Part shown: positions 38,101 to 49,814 of the stretch, in pieces
Layout of the letters: the number at the start of each line of letters is the position of its first letter
Position numbering within the stretch: position 1 is the first letter of the stretch
Assembly: GCA_043228905.1 (NCBI GenBank)
Contig: JBHGNT010000015.1
Coordinates: 16,864,001-16,928,000, forward strand
DNA length: 64,000 nucleotides
Source: Azolla caroliniana
Lineage: Eukaryota; Plantae; Polypodiophyta
Reading direction: 5' to 3'
The notes under the pieces: generated by a model
Told to the model about the DNA's origin: nothing
Seen by the model: only the letters and a program-made list of their open reading frames with translations
Database searches by the model: none
Program-made: the position numbers and the translations under genes

Positions 38101-40384
38101 GAACAACAAACTTATGCAAAAAAATCCACGGACCTCTTATATCCTCTCGACCTTTCACTGGCCGAGATGACTTCTTCAATTCTTCAACTAAGGACACGAC
38201 TGTCTTCTCTATTCCTTTTTTTATAGCGACTGGATTTGCACCAGAAGTCACAGTAAGAAGGCCTAAATTAATGAGCTCTCTAGCAAGGACAGAAGCAGTC
38301 GTCGTTCCATCTCCTGCTGAATCATTTGTTTTACTTGCCACCTGGGGAAACCCACGAGAATAATTACTTTCGACACCATTTGACAATCAAAACACAAGGT
38401 TCAAACACTGAGTGGATAAAGCTACATATTCGCGATAAACAAAACAAACAAATAAAGCATCTAAAACAGGATGTAATATCCATCTCAAAAGAGTGGAGAT
38501 ACCTCTCTGATAAGAGCAGCTCCAGCATTTTCTGCAGGATCAGGTAACTCGATCGCCCGTGCAATAGTTACTCCATCATTAATAACCTTAGGTGACCCAA
38601 ATTCATCTAGTACCACGTTGCGACCTTGAGAATCCCCCAAAAAACTCATAAGCTTCTAAGAAAGAAAGTCATATTTTAATGCAGTAGATAAGTGGCAGTA
38701 GAGCATTTAAAGATGAGCAGAGACATTCTTATGCTCATCACACATAAACACCATGGCATGCATCAAGAACATAATTTCTGAGTAAAATTTATCTCTCACA
38801 AAATTCTCATTATCCCTCTCATACAACCTCCTTTATCTCGCACATGCACACATCAAACATCTGCATGTCTGGTTCTCACTCTTCACTTCCTTTTTCCTTT
38901 TCCCTCCCTCTCTCTAGTAAACTGTGTCTTTATCAACGCAACCACATGCAAATACTTTCACTTTTCAGATGGCAGAAACTTCAGGCACTACGCGTGATTA
39001 ATGAATTTTCATGGTTAAATTTCAAGTGTAGAAAGACAGATTATTATTACTTACATAGACAAGTTAACATAACCAGTTGCACTCTTTGTCATTTTTTAGG
39101 GACATTCATATATATTGCTCTTTATGTCTCTCTTGTGAGATTCTCATCTCTCTGTTAAAGAGACTGTTTTCTTTGTCATGCTACAAATAGGATACTCTTA
39201 TTTACTTACTACGTCCAACAATTCGCCTATATTAAGGCACGACACACCACTTTAACAATTTATTGTTAGCAGAAAAATGCAACACGTTCAGAACTGTCTT
39301 CACCACATGCAAACAAATATGCATCCATGCAGGCTTCCAAGAAGTGTTAGCTCTTTGTCTTTCATCCACATATGTATGTACAAATATACATTCATACAGA
39401 CAAGCATGCATACATTCATATGCATATACTACATATGCTTATACATTCATTTGTATATGCATGCATGCATGCGCAAAACACACATTCACGTTTAGGCGAT
39501 ATGAAATCTTACATGTCAGAAACCACAAAGAAACCTAGATCCCCACAAAGAATCTATATAATGAATGAAATTAAAATCCCTACGAAGAGATTACACGATT
39601 GACACCCAGACACGCCAAAACATATTAATCCACATACATGCAGGCATTGAAGATTTATTGAGTAACTTATCACATACCTCGAGGGCCAAGAGTGACACCA
39701 ACCACATCTGCAAGTTTGTCAATACCGGCTTGTAAGGAAGCTCTTGATTTCTGATCGAAAACAATCTCCTTAGCACTTGCCCTCACTATGAGCCCAGATG
39801 GGCGATTCAAACCCGTCCTTGCAGAGGAATACAGATATGAATTCTTCCTTGCTTGCAAAGTCTTCCTCCTCTATATACACAAAATAAAAAAAATCAAATC
39901 AAATGCTTACCCGAAAACAAAAACAAAAACAAAATTTATTTATTTATTGAAACAATGGAAGCTCAGCATTGCACCAAACCAAAGAAAATTGAATCAATGG
40001 CAAAAAGAAGAAAAAGAACATGCTCGAGAGGGGAAATGGATGAAATGGAAGGATTGCAAAGTCTTCCTCCTCTATATACACAAAATAAAAAAAATCAAAT
40101 CAAATGCTTACCCGAAAACAAAAACAAAAACAAAAACAAAATTTATTTATTTTTTGAAACAATGGAAGCTCAGCATTGCACCAAACCAAAGAAAATTGAA
40201 TCAATGGCAAAAAGAAGAAAAAGAACATGCTCGAGAGGGGAAATGGAAGGATTGCATTGATGAAACCAAGAACCCAAAATCAGAAAGGGAGCCAAAAGAA
40301 AGATCAGAGATACACAGATACCTCTGTTGTGGAAGAAGAGAGAGAAGAGAGGATGCCATGACGGAGGAGGGCTTGGGCTGCCAT
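35116..40384 (-). CDS. CPN60A: Chloroplast chaperonin 60 subunit alpha (RuBisCO large-subunit binding protein alpha), 9 exons
   Basis: Exons 40384-40322, 39870-39678, 38624-38503, 38341-38134, 37828-37683, 37607-37301, 36778-36528, 36442-36242, 35391-35116. Ser/Arg-rich transit peptide, then [95 protein letters not shown] (alpha-type signatures). Confidence 0.95.
35904..36165. repeat. Degenerate intronic tandem repeats (CPN60A intron 8)
   Basis: TCAAGTTTCATAGAC.ATTTTGGACTTC.AGAGA.GTTGATAT...GTAATCTTT.TCAGGCCTCA.AGGCAATT at ~35907 and ~36054, with internal sub-repeats. Confidence 0.75.
39853..40256. repeat. Near-identical 201-bp tandem duplication spanning the CPN60A intron1/exon2 junction
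   Basis: TTGCAAAGTCTTCCTCCTCTATATACAC...GGGAAATGGA starts at 39853 and 40054; junction microhomology TTGCA. Confidence 0.95.
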
Positions 40385-40486
40385 GGTTGGGGGAATCTTC
40401 TTCGAGTGCAAATATGAAGAGAGAACTACATACAATTAGAGAACTATAAAAAGAGGGCTTTTCTGGGCTGGGGTTTTTCTTCAGCC

Positions 40487-40534
40487 TCTTCTTCTTCTTC
40501 TTCTTCTTCTTCTTCTTCTTCTTCTTCTTCTTCT
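40487..40534. repeat. (TTC)n microsatellite upstream of CPN60A
   Basis: About 16 TTC units visible directly. Confidence 0.9.
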
Positions 40535-41599
40535 TTCACACCTTGTCCTTTCATTGTGGGTTTTTTTGAAGAAGGGTTTTAGGGAGGGTTTACTAATCTA
40601 TCTCTTTCTTGGCATTTCTTCCTCTCGAAAAGCTCTTCGCTGTTTGAGTTGAGTTGCAATGATGTCGTATGACAAGTGAGAAGAAAATGATATGCTTCTC
40701 CCACATGTTTTGCTTAGCAAGAGACATCTGCGATGGATGGGTTGCATATGAATTCGCTAGCAATGTTTGTTTGTTTGTTTGTTTGTTTGTGTGTGTGTGT
40801 CTCTCATGTCACAAACTTGTCATTGCAATATATGTCGAGGGAGAGTGTGTGTATCCGCATGTGTGGGTTTAGGGCTTTTGTTGGTATCATTCAGTAGAGA
40901 GAGAGAGAGAGAGAGAGAGATTCCTTGTGTGTACGTGTGTGCTAGTGTAACATACTTTGCATCATGTGTGTGTGCGCTCATGCACCAACGTTCGTGAGAG
41001 TTTAGGGTTTACGGTGTTTGTGTGTGTGTGGGTGGGTGTGCACACTTAACACTAGGAAACTCTCTCTTGTAACTTGCAAACAATATGAATGCACTGATAA
41101 ATGCATGGTGCTTTTGACATGGAATTGATCAGCGAGTGGTTTTTTTTAACTACCATTACAACATCACATGGATCTAAGGTTTTTCATCGTAGTTTTAGCA
41201 AGCTCTTTTTAGATGTTTGGTTAATTACATGCGTCTTTGCAACCATATGCAACTTTTTTCATGGGTACAAAGTTTGGGCTTTGTTGGACACTTTAGATGC
41301 CTTGCGACCAAGTCCACTATGGTCAATCTACCATTTCCCATATGTGATCTTCCCAAAATCACTTTGGTTCTCTTTACATGCTCGTTATGTATCTTGTTGT
41401 AACTCAAGGCATCTCTCATATTTTATTTTTGTTCAATGTTTTTAATTCGTTGAGTACAAGACACCTCTAGGTTCATGTATTGTATGATGTATCCATTCTA
41501 TGGATTTCACCTCATTGTTAGGTTTCCGACCCTTGTAATATTGTGTAATATATATATAATATGACCTATGAGACCAAAAAATATTACATTTTCATGTAA

Positions 41600-42180
41600 T
41601 ATGTGTGAAAGTGAGTAACAACTCTCGATGTTCAAGAACTTTATGAATGAATTTTGCATGCAATAGAGAGTTCCCACTATGAGTGTGAGATAAATTCATG
41701 CAAGGATTGCATTTGGTCAAATATGTGTGGAAAGCATGGTCGAATGTGAGCAGAGCAAAGAAAGAGCATTGCATCAAAACGTCATACTCGTGCTCCCTAA
41801 CTTGTTTTGGGCAAGATGTGCATAGTCACCTAATCTCATCACTTGTGCCCCAACACCTCGTCTCACATCGATCGCAATGCATGTGAACTAAGTTGCAGGG
41901 AAGCAATGGTTTGGATCAAAGACAAGGGGATGGGTTCTAACATGTATAGAGGGATCTAATGATGCATCATGAAGCAAATGTGTTGCATCCCATCTTCCAA
42001 ACCATTTTTCCATATCTTGCATCCAATTGGAACTCAAAAATTTGATTTCATGTGTATTTTACATCATTTGGCTAGCTTCCCAAGTGAATTTAGGAAGTCG
42101 ATGCACGAGAGTGTTTTTTAACCTTAAGCATGTATTCAACAATCATTTCCATGGCCATGATCTCAAATGGAAGTGATATT
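41600..42180 (-). mobile_element. Possible decayed non-LTR (LINE) ORF2 C-terminal remnant
   Basis: Minus frame ~42112-41955 reads LVHRLPKFTWEASQMM*NTHEIKFLSSNWMQDMEKWFGRWDATHLLHD, with an RLPK motif like post-RT regions of RTE-like LINEs. Weak and from recall only. Confidence 0.3.
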
Positions 42181-42864
42181 GACTCAGACATAATGTAAAT
42201 AGCATTAGGAATGGTAAGTACTAGGTGGTAGGAATTAAAGGGGGGTTACTTTAAAGTCCCACACGCACATAAAGGAATGAAAGGGGGGGGGGGGGATCTC
42301 TAACACTGATCACGATGTAACGGTCTCCCCTTGTGCTATAAAAGGGGAGGCTTGAGCTTGTTTTAGGCATTCGGTTTTGGGAGGACGAAGTGTTGTCGGT
42401 TTGTGGGCCGAGCTCTCTCTCTCTCTCTCTCTCTTATGTATGATTAGGTAAGGAAGCCTCTGCTCGCGTAGGAAGCCCGTGAGCTCCCGACCAGAGGCTC
42501 TTGGATCTGTCTGTGAGTGTGTGTGTGCGGAGGGAAGGTGTGCTCCGAAGAACGCACAGCTCTGAAGCGGTCGAGCCCGGTTGTATTGTGCTTGCCTTAA
42601 TCTATTCGTTTCCATAGTTCGGGTCGATCTCATCTCGTGTCGGGTTTCATATCTATTTTTGTTTCTTTGTATCTATTTCCTCACTCTACCCGTGAACTAT
42701 GTGACGTGGTTTCTACTGCTAACCTATACATACACTATCCCGGTTCCGGTAACCGACCAGGCACGCCGTCGCGGTTGCTCTTCCTACTCCCTCTAACTCC
42801 TTGGTCCGAGACCCCCATGGTCCTGCTCGTTTCAACACATACTCGCGGAAAGCCACGACATCTT

Positions 42865-42880
42865 TGGTGAACCCGACGCG
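42865..42880 (+). promoter_or_regulatory. Primer-binding site complementary to tRNA-Trp 3' end
   Basis: TGGTGAACCCGACGCG versus the reverse complement of plant tRNA-Trp 3' end ...CACGUCGGGUUCACCA (15/16, recalled); 4 nt after the LTR end. Confidence 0.8.
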
Positions 42881-45800
42881 AAGGGGGTAGCAGAGGAGTC
42901 CGAAGATGAGAGGAAGCGAACTCGTTGAAGCAATGGCGGTGGTTGTAGACCACCTAGTTAACGCTCGCGAGGGCATGAGCACCCTTGATAGGGCCATAGA
43001 AGCGATGGTCGACAAGATAGACCTGTTTAATGGGAAAGATGCAACAAGCTACCTGGCGGCCTACAAGGCCGAGATGTTGATGAGGAATATTCCGAGGGAC
43101 ACATGACTGCTCGGATTTCCTCGGGTCGTAACGCCAAGCACCGAGGGATGACGGGGGTCAGTCGCGCGATCGGAGACCGCCATTCGACCAGAGGTGCATG
43201 TGGTGCGACGTTGTTGGCCACGTCCAGAGGGACTGTGCCGATTTCGCTGAGGCCCTTAAAGATAACGTGGTATACCTTTGGAATGGTCGGGTGCACGCCA
43301 ACGATACGCGGAGGGGCCTGGAGGTAAATACTAACCATGGTGGCATGGAAAGAATAATGGAGGAAGCTGCGGCTCGGAACGCCAAGGCCCTTCACAATTC
43401 GGTATCGATAGGGATCCGCATGGGCAAAGAAAGGGGCGTAGGCTACGGGAGCAATACCGGACTCTGGCCGCTCTTGCTAGAGGGCCTGTCCGGTTTGAGG
43501 CTAAGGAAGGAAGAGGCAGACCGCGCGGAGAAGTGGGTCCAAGAGGGAACCAAATGGAAGAAAAAATCGGCTTTGTGGAAGCTGCGTGCTAGAACTACGA
43601 AGTTCTGGTTGAAGATAAGCGGGCCGGGAAGGCCGGAGGGGCCGGACCTTCGAACCGGTACGAAATCGAGAGCGGGCCGAGAAAGGACGTCGTCGGTTCG
43701 GTTAACCGACAGGAAAAAGGGAAGGCAAAAACCCCAAATTTTTGGCTAGGCTCGGAAATAGAGCGGACAAGGGACCTGCATAAGGTTCTGGAGGAACGAA
43801 TCCTCGACAGCCGGGTGGAGCTCACCTTATGGGAGGTGTTGGGGATCGCGAAGAAGGAATTCCACGACTCTATCGTGGACGTAGTAAAAAGGAAGCGGCT
43901 CTCAACAGAGCCAGAACCGGAAAAGCCCATGGAGGTGAGAGCAACGCACATTGACGAGGTGGCCACAGAATATGAGTTCCTGGACAGCCACTACATGAAG
44001 CCACATTGGGCGAGGGCAACAACCGAGACCCCGGTCTGGATCGGGGACGTAAAGGAACCGGTGGTGGCATTGATTGACCATGGGTCTGAAATAAACCTAA
44101 TGTCCATGGACTTCTACAAGAAGGGTAAATGGCCGATCAATACGAAGCATGGGTGGAAGATATGCGCGGCGACCCGCGCTATGGATGAGCTTCACGGAGT
44201 GTGCCCAAACATCCGGGTGACGGTCGGGGATCTCGAGATCGATCAACACTTCTTCGTGCAGGAGACCTCCCATGCAGTGATTCTCGGCGAACCCTACATT
44301 ACGACAGCTCGAATGGAAACAAAGGTGCTAACAACGTTTCAACCTACGCTAGGTTGAAGAGTCAAGACGGTCGGCACTCCGTCTAGTTCTTGACGGTTCA
44401 GCCGAACCACGAGCGGAATCGGGACTCTCTCAGCGGCAAAGGTTGAGAGGATTATTAGAAAGGACTATCAAGACTTGGGCCTGCGGTAGTCCGGATGACC
44501 GGAGGTAACCCCACACTTGTACCATAAGTAGGAAACTTTGGTCCTCCGCTAATGGAGGTTGTACCATAACTGTCATCGATGGCCGGAAGAAGAAGCAGGG
44601 TTGAAAGACGCTTGAAGGCCTGTGGCGCCTTAGGCTCCGACGACGAGATCAGTAGCGTCGTGGACGCGGTCTCATTTGATGACACTCTCAAGGAGATCGC
44701 AAGGTTGGCCAAAGAGGACCTACGTGAAGATCGGATAATTCCGGTCGGTTCGGTCGAAATGTATGTCGGGCTGGATCGAACAACCCTAGTAACCACGAAG
44801 TACAAGATTGTGAAGCGGAAGGTGAGGCCAGTCGCGGCTCCCTTTCCAGAGGACAACTCGGAGCGGATGAAAGGGGTCGCGGCCAACCCAAGTTTACGAG
44901 ATCCGGCCAGCATAGGACACCTATTCACTAACGAGACGCTACAGGAGCTCAAGATCAGTGGGGGTGGCTTCCTACTACCCACGGAGGAAGACTAGTTTCG
45001 GAGGATGCTCGGAAGGCACGGGAAAGCCTTTGCACTCTCGCCGGGGGAGATCGGGTGCGTCGACCCGACGATCGTGAAGCCAATGGTGATCTTCACGGTA
45101 ACGCACGTACCGTGGAATCTCAAGCTGGTTTTGGTGTTGAGTGCTCACATACCGAAGTTGACGGAGTTGCTCAAACAGAAGATCGAGATGGGGATCCTCA
45201 AGCCCTCGAGCGCCCCATACTCGAATCGGTGGTTTACAGTGCCGAAGAAGAACGGCACGCTACGCTTCATTCAAGACATGTAGACGGTCAACAAGGTAAC
45301 CATTCGAAACGTAGGGATTGGGCCGACAATTGAAGAGTTTGCGGAGGCCTTCGTGGGGAGGTTGATCTACTCAGTCGACGACTTGTACTCCAGATATGAC
45401 CAGTTCCAGCTAGTCGTGGAGAGTAGGGATATCATGACGATGCGAACCCCTCTCGTCCTAGTTCGGATGTGTACCCTGCCACAAGGAGGGACCAACTCGG
45501 TGGCGCACATTGTTATTCCTTAGGGCCGGACAATGGCCTAACACAGGGTGTCTCCGGAAGACACTTCACCAAAGGGGTGTTACGGCGACATAACTTAAGA
45601 CACAACGATTAATTCGACTTAATTGGCTACTTAGCAATAAGGTATACACTTACTACACGCGTAAGATATAACAATTAATACAGAATGGTAATCAATACGT
45701 GAAGAAAAAACAAGAAGCTTACATTAATTCTCCGTTAAAGTTATACATTGTAACCGGGCCTTTATATAGGTCACCGGTGCTGCTTACGAAAACGGTGCCA

Positions 45801-45947
45801 ACCGACACCTGTTCGGAACCGGTCCGGATCCGAATCGGCATACCAATTCCGGTTCGTCTATAATCTACTTTACTTAATTAAAATATATTCTGAATAACCA
45901 TCCCTTTCACATTCTGGTCTTTGCACCTTTGTCGGCCGGGTAACACA

Positions 45948-45964
45948 TGGCACGCCTGTGGGAC
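45948..45964 (+). promoter_or_regulatory. Second PBS-like site (tRNA-Arg UCU 3' end) in the position where a PPT is expected
   Basis: TGGCACGCCTGTGGGAC, 2 nt from the left LTR. Its reverse complement GTCCCAC-AGGCGTGCCA resembles tRNA-Arg(UCU) ...GUCCCACCAGGCGUGCCA (recalled; 1-nt gap). Confidence 0.7.
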
Positions 45965-46539
45965 AGTACCTTGTACGTCGAATCCCACTATTCGACCCTT
46001 AGCCTTTTTTTTTTCCATAAAAAATATGCTCCATTGGTATTAAAATTAACAATGCCAAAGGCAATCTACAAATTGTACATAATAGTTTCCACTCCATAAG
46101 TATATATCGTAAAAAAAGGGACCAAATAAAGATGGCATTTGTTATGGCCTCTAAAAAACATCATGTTGCAGCCAACATTGGCTGAATGTGATTCCACATA
46201 TACTGAAGCTCTTTAGTATACCCATATTCAACCTATAAACAAATTCCTGGTTGTCCAATAGCTGTTCCCGTTCCTTGGCCTTTAATTTTCCTTTGTGAAT
46301 GTCCTTTTGTACCACTTAGGTAATACAAAACTGCTCTCTCCAATCAAGCCATTGAGGTAATCTGCTACTTCTTGGCCGTAGTCTTCTTCAAGCTGAAACT
46401 CAGAACAGCCATACATTGATTAGACCATAATCTCATCACAACCATGCTTCATTTAACCCACATCAGTCATGTCTCCGATTAACGTCATTGCCCAAAAACC
46501 CCAAAAATCTGTGATAAGAATAAAATCCGTCTAAAAATT

Positions 46540-47542
46540 CCTCACCCACTCGTGATGATTGGCTTCGACCCTCCCCACCATCTTCACTCATCCTCACCAC
46601 AAATATTTCTTCCTTTAGTCGACATCAGCCATCTCACCGATTAACCTGGTTCCAATGTCCACGCATATCCTGTATAATCAACAAAAACTTAGGTTAAAAC
46701 ATGTCCTCACCCACTCCTGCACATTGGCTTCGACCCTCCCCACCATCTTCACTCATCCTTAACACAATAATTCTTCATTCAGTCGACATCAGCAATCTCA
46801 CCAAATACCACGGTGGCAATGTCCACACATATCCTGTATTGATCAACACAAAATTAATAATGTAAACATTTCCTCACCCACTCGTTATAGTCGGCTTCAC
46901 CCTCCCCACCATCTTCACTCATCCTTAACACAGAAATTCTTCATACAGTCGACATCAGCCATCTCACCAATTAACACGGTGGCAATGTCCACGCATATCC
47001 TGTATTGATCAACACAAAATTAGTGTAAACATTTTCTCACCCACTCGTTATAGTCGGCTTCACCCTCCCCACCATCTTCACTCAACCTTATCACTTTCAC
47101 ACAGAAAATTTCTTCGTTCAATCCACATCAACCGTGTAGCCAATTATCGTCATGACCAATGTCCACGAAAAAACCTGTATCAATAACAAAACAGTTAATC
47201 TCAAAGTTTCCTCACTCATGATAGATGGCTTCGACCCCCCCGCCATCTTCCCTCATCCTTATCACAAAACAAGAAATTCTTCATTCAGTCCACGTCAGCC
47301 CTCTTGCCGATTAACATCTTGCACTGTTGACGAAAAACCTGTATTAAAAACAAAAATTAGTGTAAAAATTCCCCACCCACTCACGATTGTCGACTATGAC
47401 CCCGCCACCATACCCCATCCTTTTCTCTTACACATTCTTCCTTCTTTCCACATCAGCCCTCTCGTCGATTAGCTTGTTGCCAATGTCCGTGGAAAACCTG
47501 TATTTACAACACAAAAACAGTTTACACTTTCCTCACGCACTC
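46540..47542. repeat. Tandem array, ~165 bp x ~6, inside the non-autonomous element
   Basis: Unit starts CCTCACCCACTC at ~46540, 46705, 46872, 47035, 47210, 47371 and 47531; shared GGCTTCGACCCTCCCCACCATC, GTCGACATCAGCC and CAATGTCCAC..ATATCCTGTAT. Confidence 0.9.
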
Positions 47543-47545
47543 ATC

Positions 47546-48958
47546 CTAAACGGCTGTGTTCAATATAAATGGCGCTGGTGGCGGAAACAACCATCGAGGT
47601 GGAACATAATTCCACTTTACATCTTCCCCTGTTGCATCCAACAAAATAGGAATGGTTGACCAGACTCTTCTAAGTCGCTTTCTTTTCCGGTTAGGCCCAT
47701 TTCCACAACCCTTATAGCTATCATATTCACCTTTAACTATATTTACCAATAATTCCCAGAAAGATTTAACTTGATCCACAACATTAGTATCTTCATCATT
47801 ATATATTTTAGAACACCTTGCTTTCCAAATAATCCATAAGGCCAACGAGGAAATAACGTTCCAAACATAACACCTAGAAAAGAACTTGACTCCCTGCAAG
47901 GAGCTATTCGTAACGTACACCTGGAAACTTTTCACATGTAAAGTCAATGATGAATTATGATAATGATAAAAAACAGTTTCTTGATCCAACGTACCCCAAA
48001 AGATTGTACCCCACGTGAATTTAGTAGCCCTATACTTACGACTTAAAAGCCTAAGAATACGAGCCCAAAAACATTTGGCCGTAACACATTCCCAAAAAGC
48101 ATGATGTAATGTCTCATATGCCCAGCCACACCTACCACATGATCGATCAGGTATTGTTCCCCTCAATAAAGCTCCTACTGGCAATGCATAATGAATCATT
48201 AACCATCGAAAGTGCAATACCTTGTTCATACATTTAAGCAACCAAAGGTGTTTCCAAAACTTCAACATATATGTAGATGAGACATTACCTTCCTCCCAAT
48301 ATTTTTTTCCTGCCGGAATTGACTCTATCTCATTTAACAAAAACTTCCTACCCAGTGACACGGAATATGCAAAAAATGGAAGAACTTTCTCTTTCGTACT
48401 ATCAGACATTGGTAACTTCCAACCATAATCTAATGGATCCCACTGCAAATCAACAATTGGTCTAGAATTTAAAACCCATATATGAGATGAATACTTAGCA
48501 ATTAGTGGATTAGGATCTATAAATATCTTTTTTCCCAACCTAGCTATTACTCTCACTGGCAGCTGCCTGGCAGAAGACACAATTGAAGACTCCTCCTCCA
48601 CTACCAACAACCTACCATTATCGCAAACTTCATAAAAGTAAAGGCTACCATTTTGAGTATACAGACGAGCTCCTATTAGTATATTTAATCTCGAAAACAT
48701 ACCATACCAATTCAAACAATGACCAAAACTCAAAGTTGGTAATGTTACCTGATACACCGTTGACACTTGAGTTATCATAATGTTTGCCCCTCTGAAATTA
48801 GACACCCTACTCTTTTGGTCTTGCACTGAAGTCTGCAGGAAAGCAATCCAATCCGCAACCGTACGAGCTGGTCCATTATCCATTGCAGCCCAAGATAACC
48901 TAGGTCGTAAACCTAAGACACATGCCGCTTCATCAGTAAACAAAGGATTCCATAACAA
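47546..48958 (-). CDS. Uninterrupted 470-codon ORF: C-terminal part of an L1-LINE ORF2 (zf-RVT domain); no ATG at start
   Basis: PLLWNPLF; FWKHLW...KVLHFRWLMIHYALPVG...CGRCG..YETLHHAFWECVTAKCFW (zf-RVT: C-x2-C...H-x3-C); LWIIWKARCSKIYN. Starts at TTG after an in-frame TAG. Confidence 0.75.
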   Translation of the reverse strand: MLWNPLFTDEAACVLGLRPRLSWAAMDNGPARTVADWIAFLQTSVQDQKSRVSNFRGANIMITQVSTVYQVTLPTLSFGHCLNWYGMFSRLNILIGARLYTQNGSLYFYEVCDNGRLLVVEEESSIVSSARQLPVRVIARLGKKIFIDPNPLIAKYSSHIWVLNSRPIVDLQWDPLDYGWKLPMSDSTKEKVLPFFAYSVSLGRKFLLNEIESIPAGKKYWEEGNVSSTYMLKFWKHLWLLKCMNKVLHFRWLMIHYALPVGALLRGTIPDRSCGRCGWAYETLHHAFWECVTAKCFWARILRLLSRKYRATKFTWGTIFWGTLDQETVFYHYHNSSLTLHVKSFQVYVTNSSLQGVKFFSRCYVWNVISSLALWIIWKARCSKIYNDEDTNVVDQVKSFWELLVNIVKGEYDSYKGCGNGPNRKRKRLRRVWSTIPILLDATGEDVKWNYVPPRWLFPPPAPFILNTAV

Positions 48959-49455
48959 CGGCTATCCAAGATATCCAGAATACTCTGCTCCAGGGTATCC
49001 GATGGTTGTTCAGAACTCTGTTGTTGTTACTGCTATTGTGGCTGTTGTTGCTGTTGTGGTTGTGGCTCCTCCGACCGTTACTCCTGAGAGGGCGTCTGTT
49101 CGGCTCCCGGTACCGGTGGTTGTGGCGGTGATACCTCCTGGTTGCTCCGTGGTTCAATTTGCCGGACCGGTGGTGCTTGCCAATTTAACAAGTTATACTC
49201 ACACCGTTCCATTGTGTGACTTCTGGAGTGGCCGAGCAAGCATTGGGAACGCATGGTGCATTCCAACGCTGAATGTCTGGCATTCATGCATGTCGTACAC
49301 TAAACTGCTTGCCAGAAACAGAGGTCCTCTTCCGTTGGTAGTGCCCGCTGAAGGGCGCCCATGGTTAGCCATGAACTTGAGGTTTCCATTTCCCGAACTC
49401 GGTCGATCACTTGATCTATGTTGCTGGTGTGGAAATCAATAACAGTGCACTAAGG

Positions 49456-49476
49456 CGACCCCCATTGTGGTCGCCA
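49456..49476 (-). promoter_or_regulatory. Primer-binding site complementary to tRNA-Arg(UCG) 3' end
   Basis: Minus strand TGGCGACCACAATGGGGGTCG, 7 nt from the LTR end. The + strand CGACCCCCATTGTGGTCGCCA compares with tRNA-Arg(UCG) ...CGACUCCCACUGUGGUCGCCA (recalled). Confidence 0.8.
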
Positions 49477-49814
49477 AAAATTGTGTTATTCCTTAGGGCC
49501 GGATAATGGCCTAACACATGGTGTCTCCGGAAGACACTTCACCAAAGGGGTGTTACGGCGAGATAACTTAAGACACAACGATTAATTCGACTTAATTGGC
49601 TACTTAGCAATAAGGTATACACTTACTACACGCGTAAGATATAACAATTAATATAGAAAGGTAATCAATACGTGAAGATAAAACAAGAAGCTTACATTAA
49701 TTCTCCGTTAAAGTTATACATTGTAACCGGACCTTTATATAGGTCACCGGTGCTGCTTACAAAAACGGTGCCAACCGGTACCTGTTCGGATCCAGATCGG
49801 CATACCGATTCCGG

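Noticed and set aside
39788-40417. 209-aa and 135-aa + strand ORFs with internal repeat
   Set aside because: Antisense to CPN60A exons 1-2 and intron 1; the repeat is the 201-bp duplication.
46002-46016. Minus-strand GGAAAAAAAAAAAGG as the PPT of the dual-PBS element
   Set aside because: It is ~57 nt from the LTR, whereas a PPT must abut the LTR to define its end. More likely a poly(A) relic, though not fully excluded.
48780-49442. 220-aa + strand ORF
   Set aside because: Antisense shadow of the gag relic and LINE ORF, with no recognisable domain.
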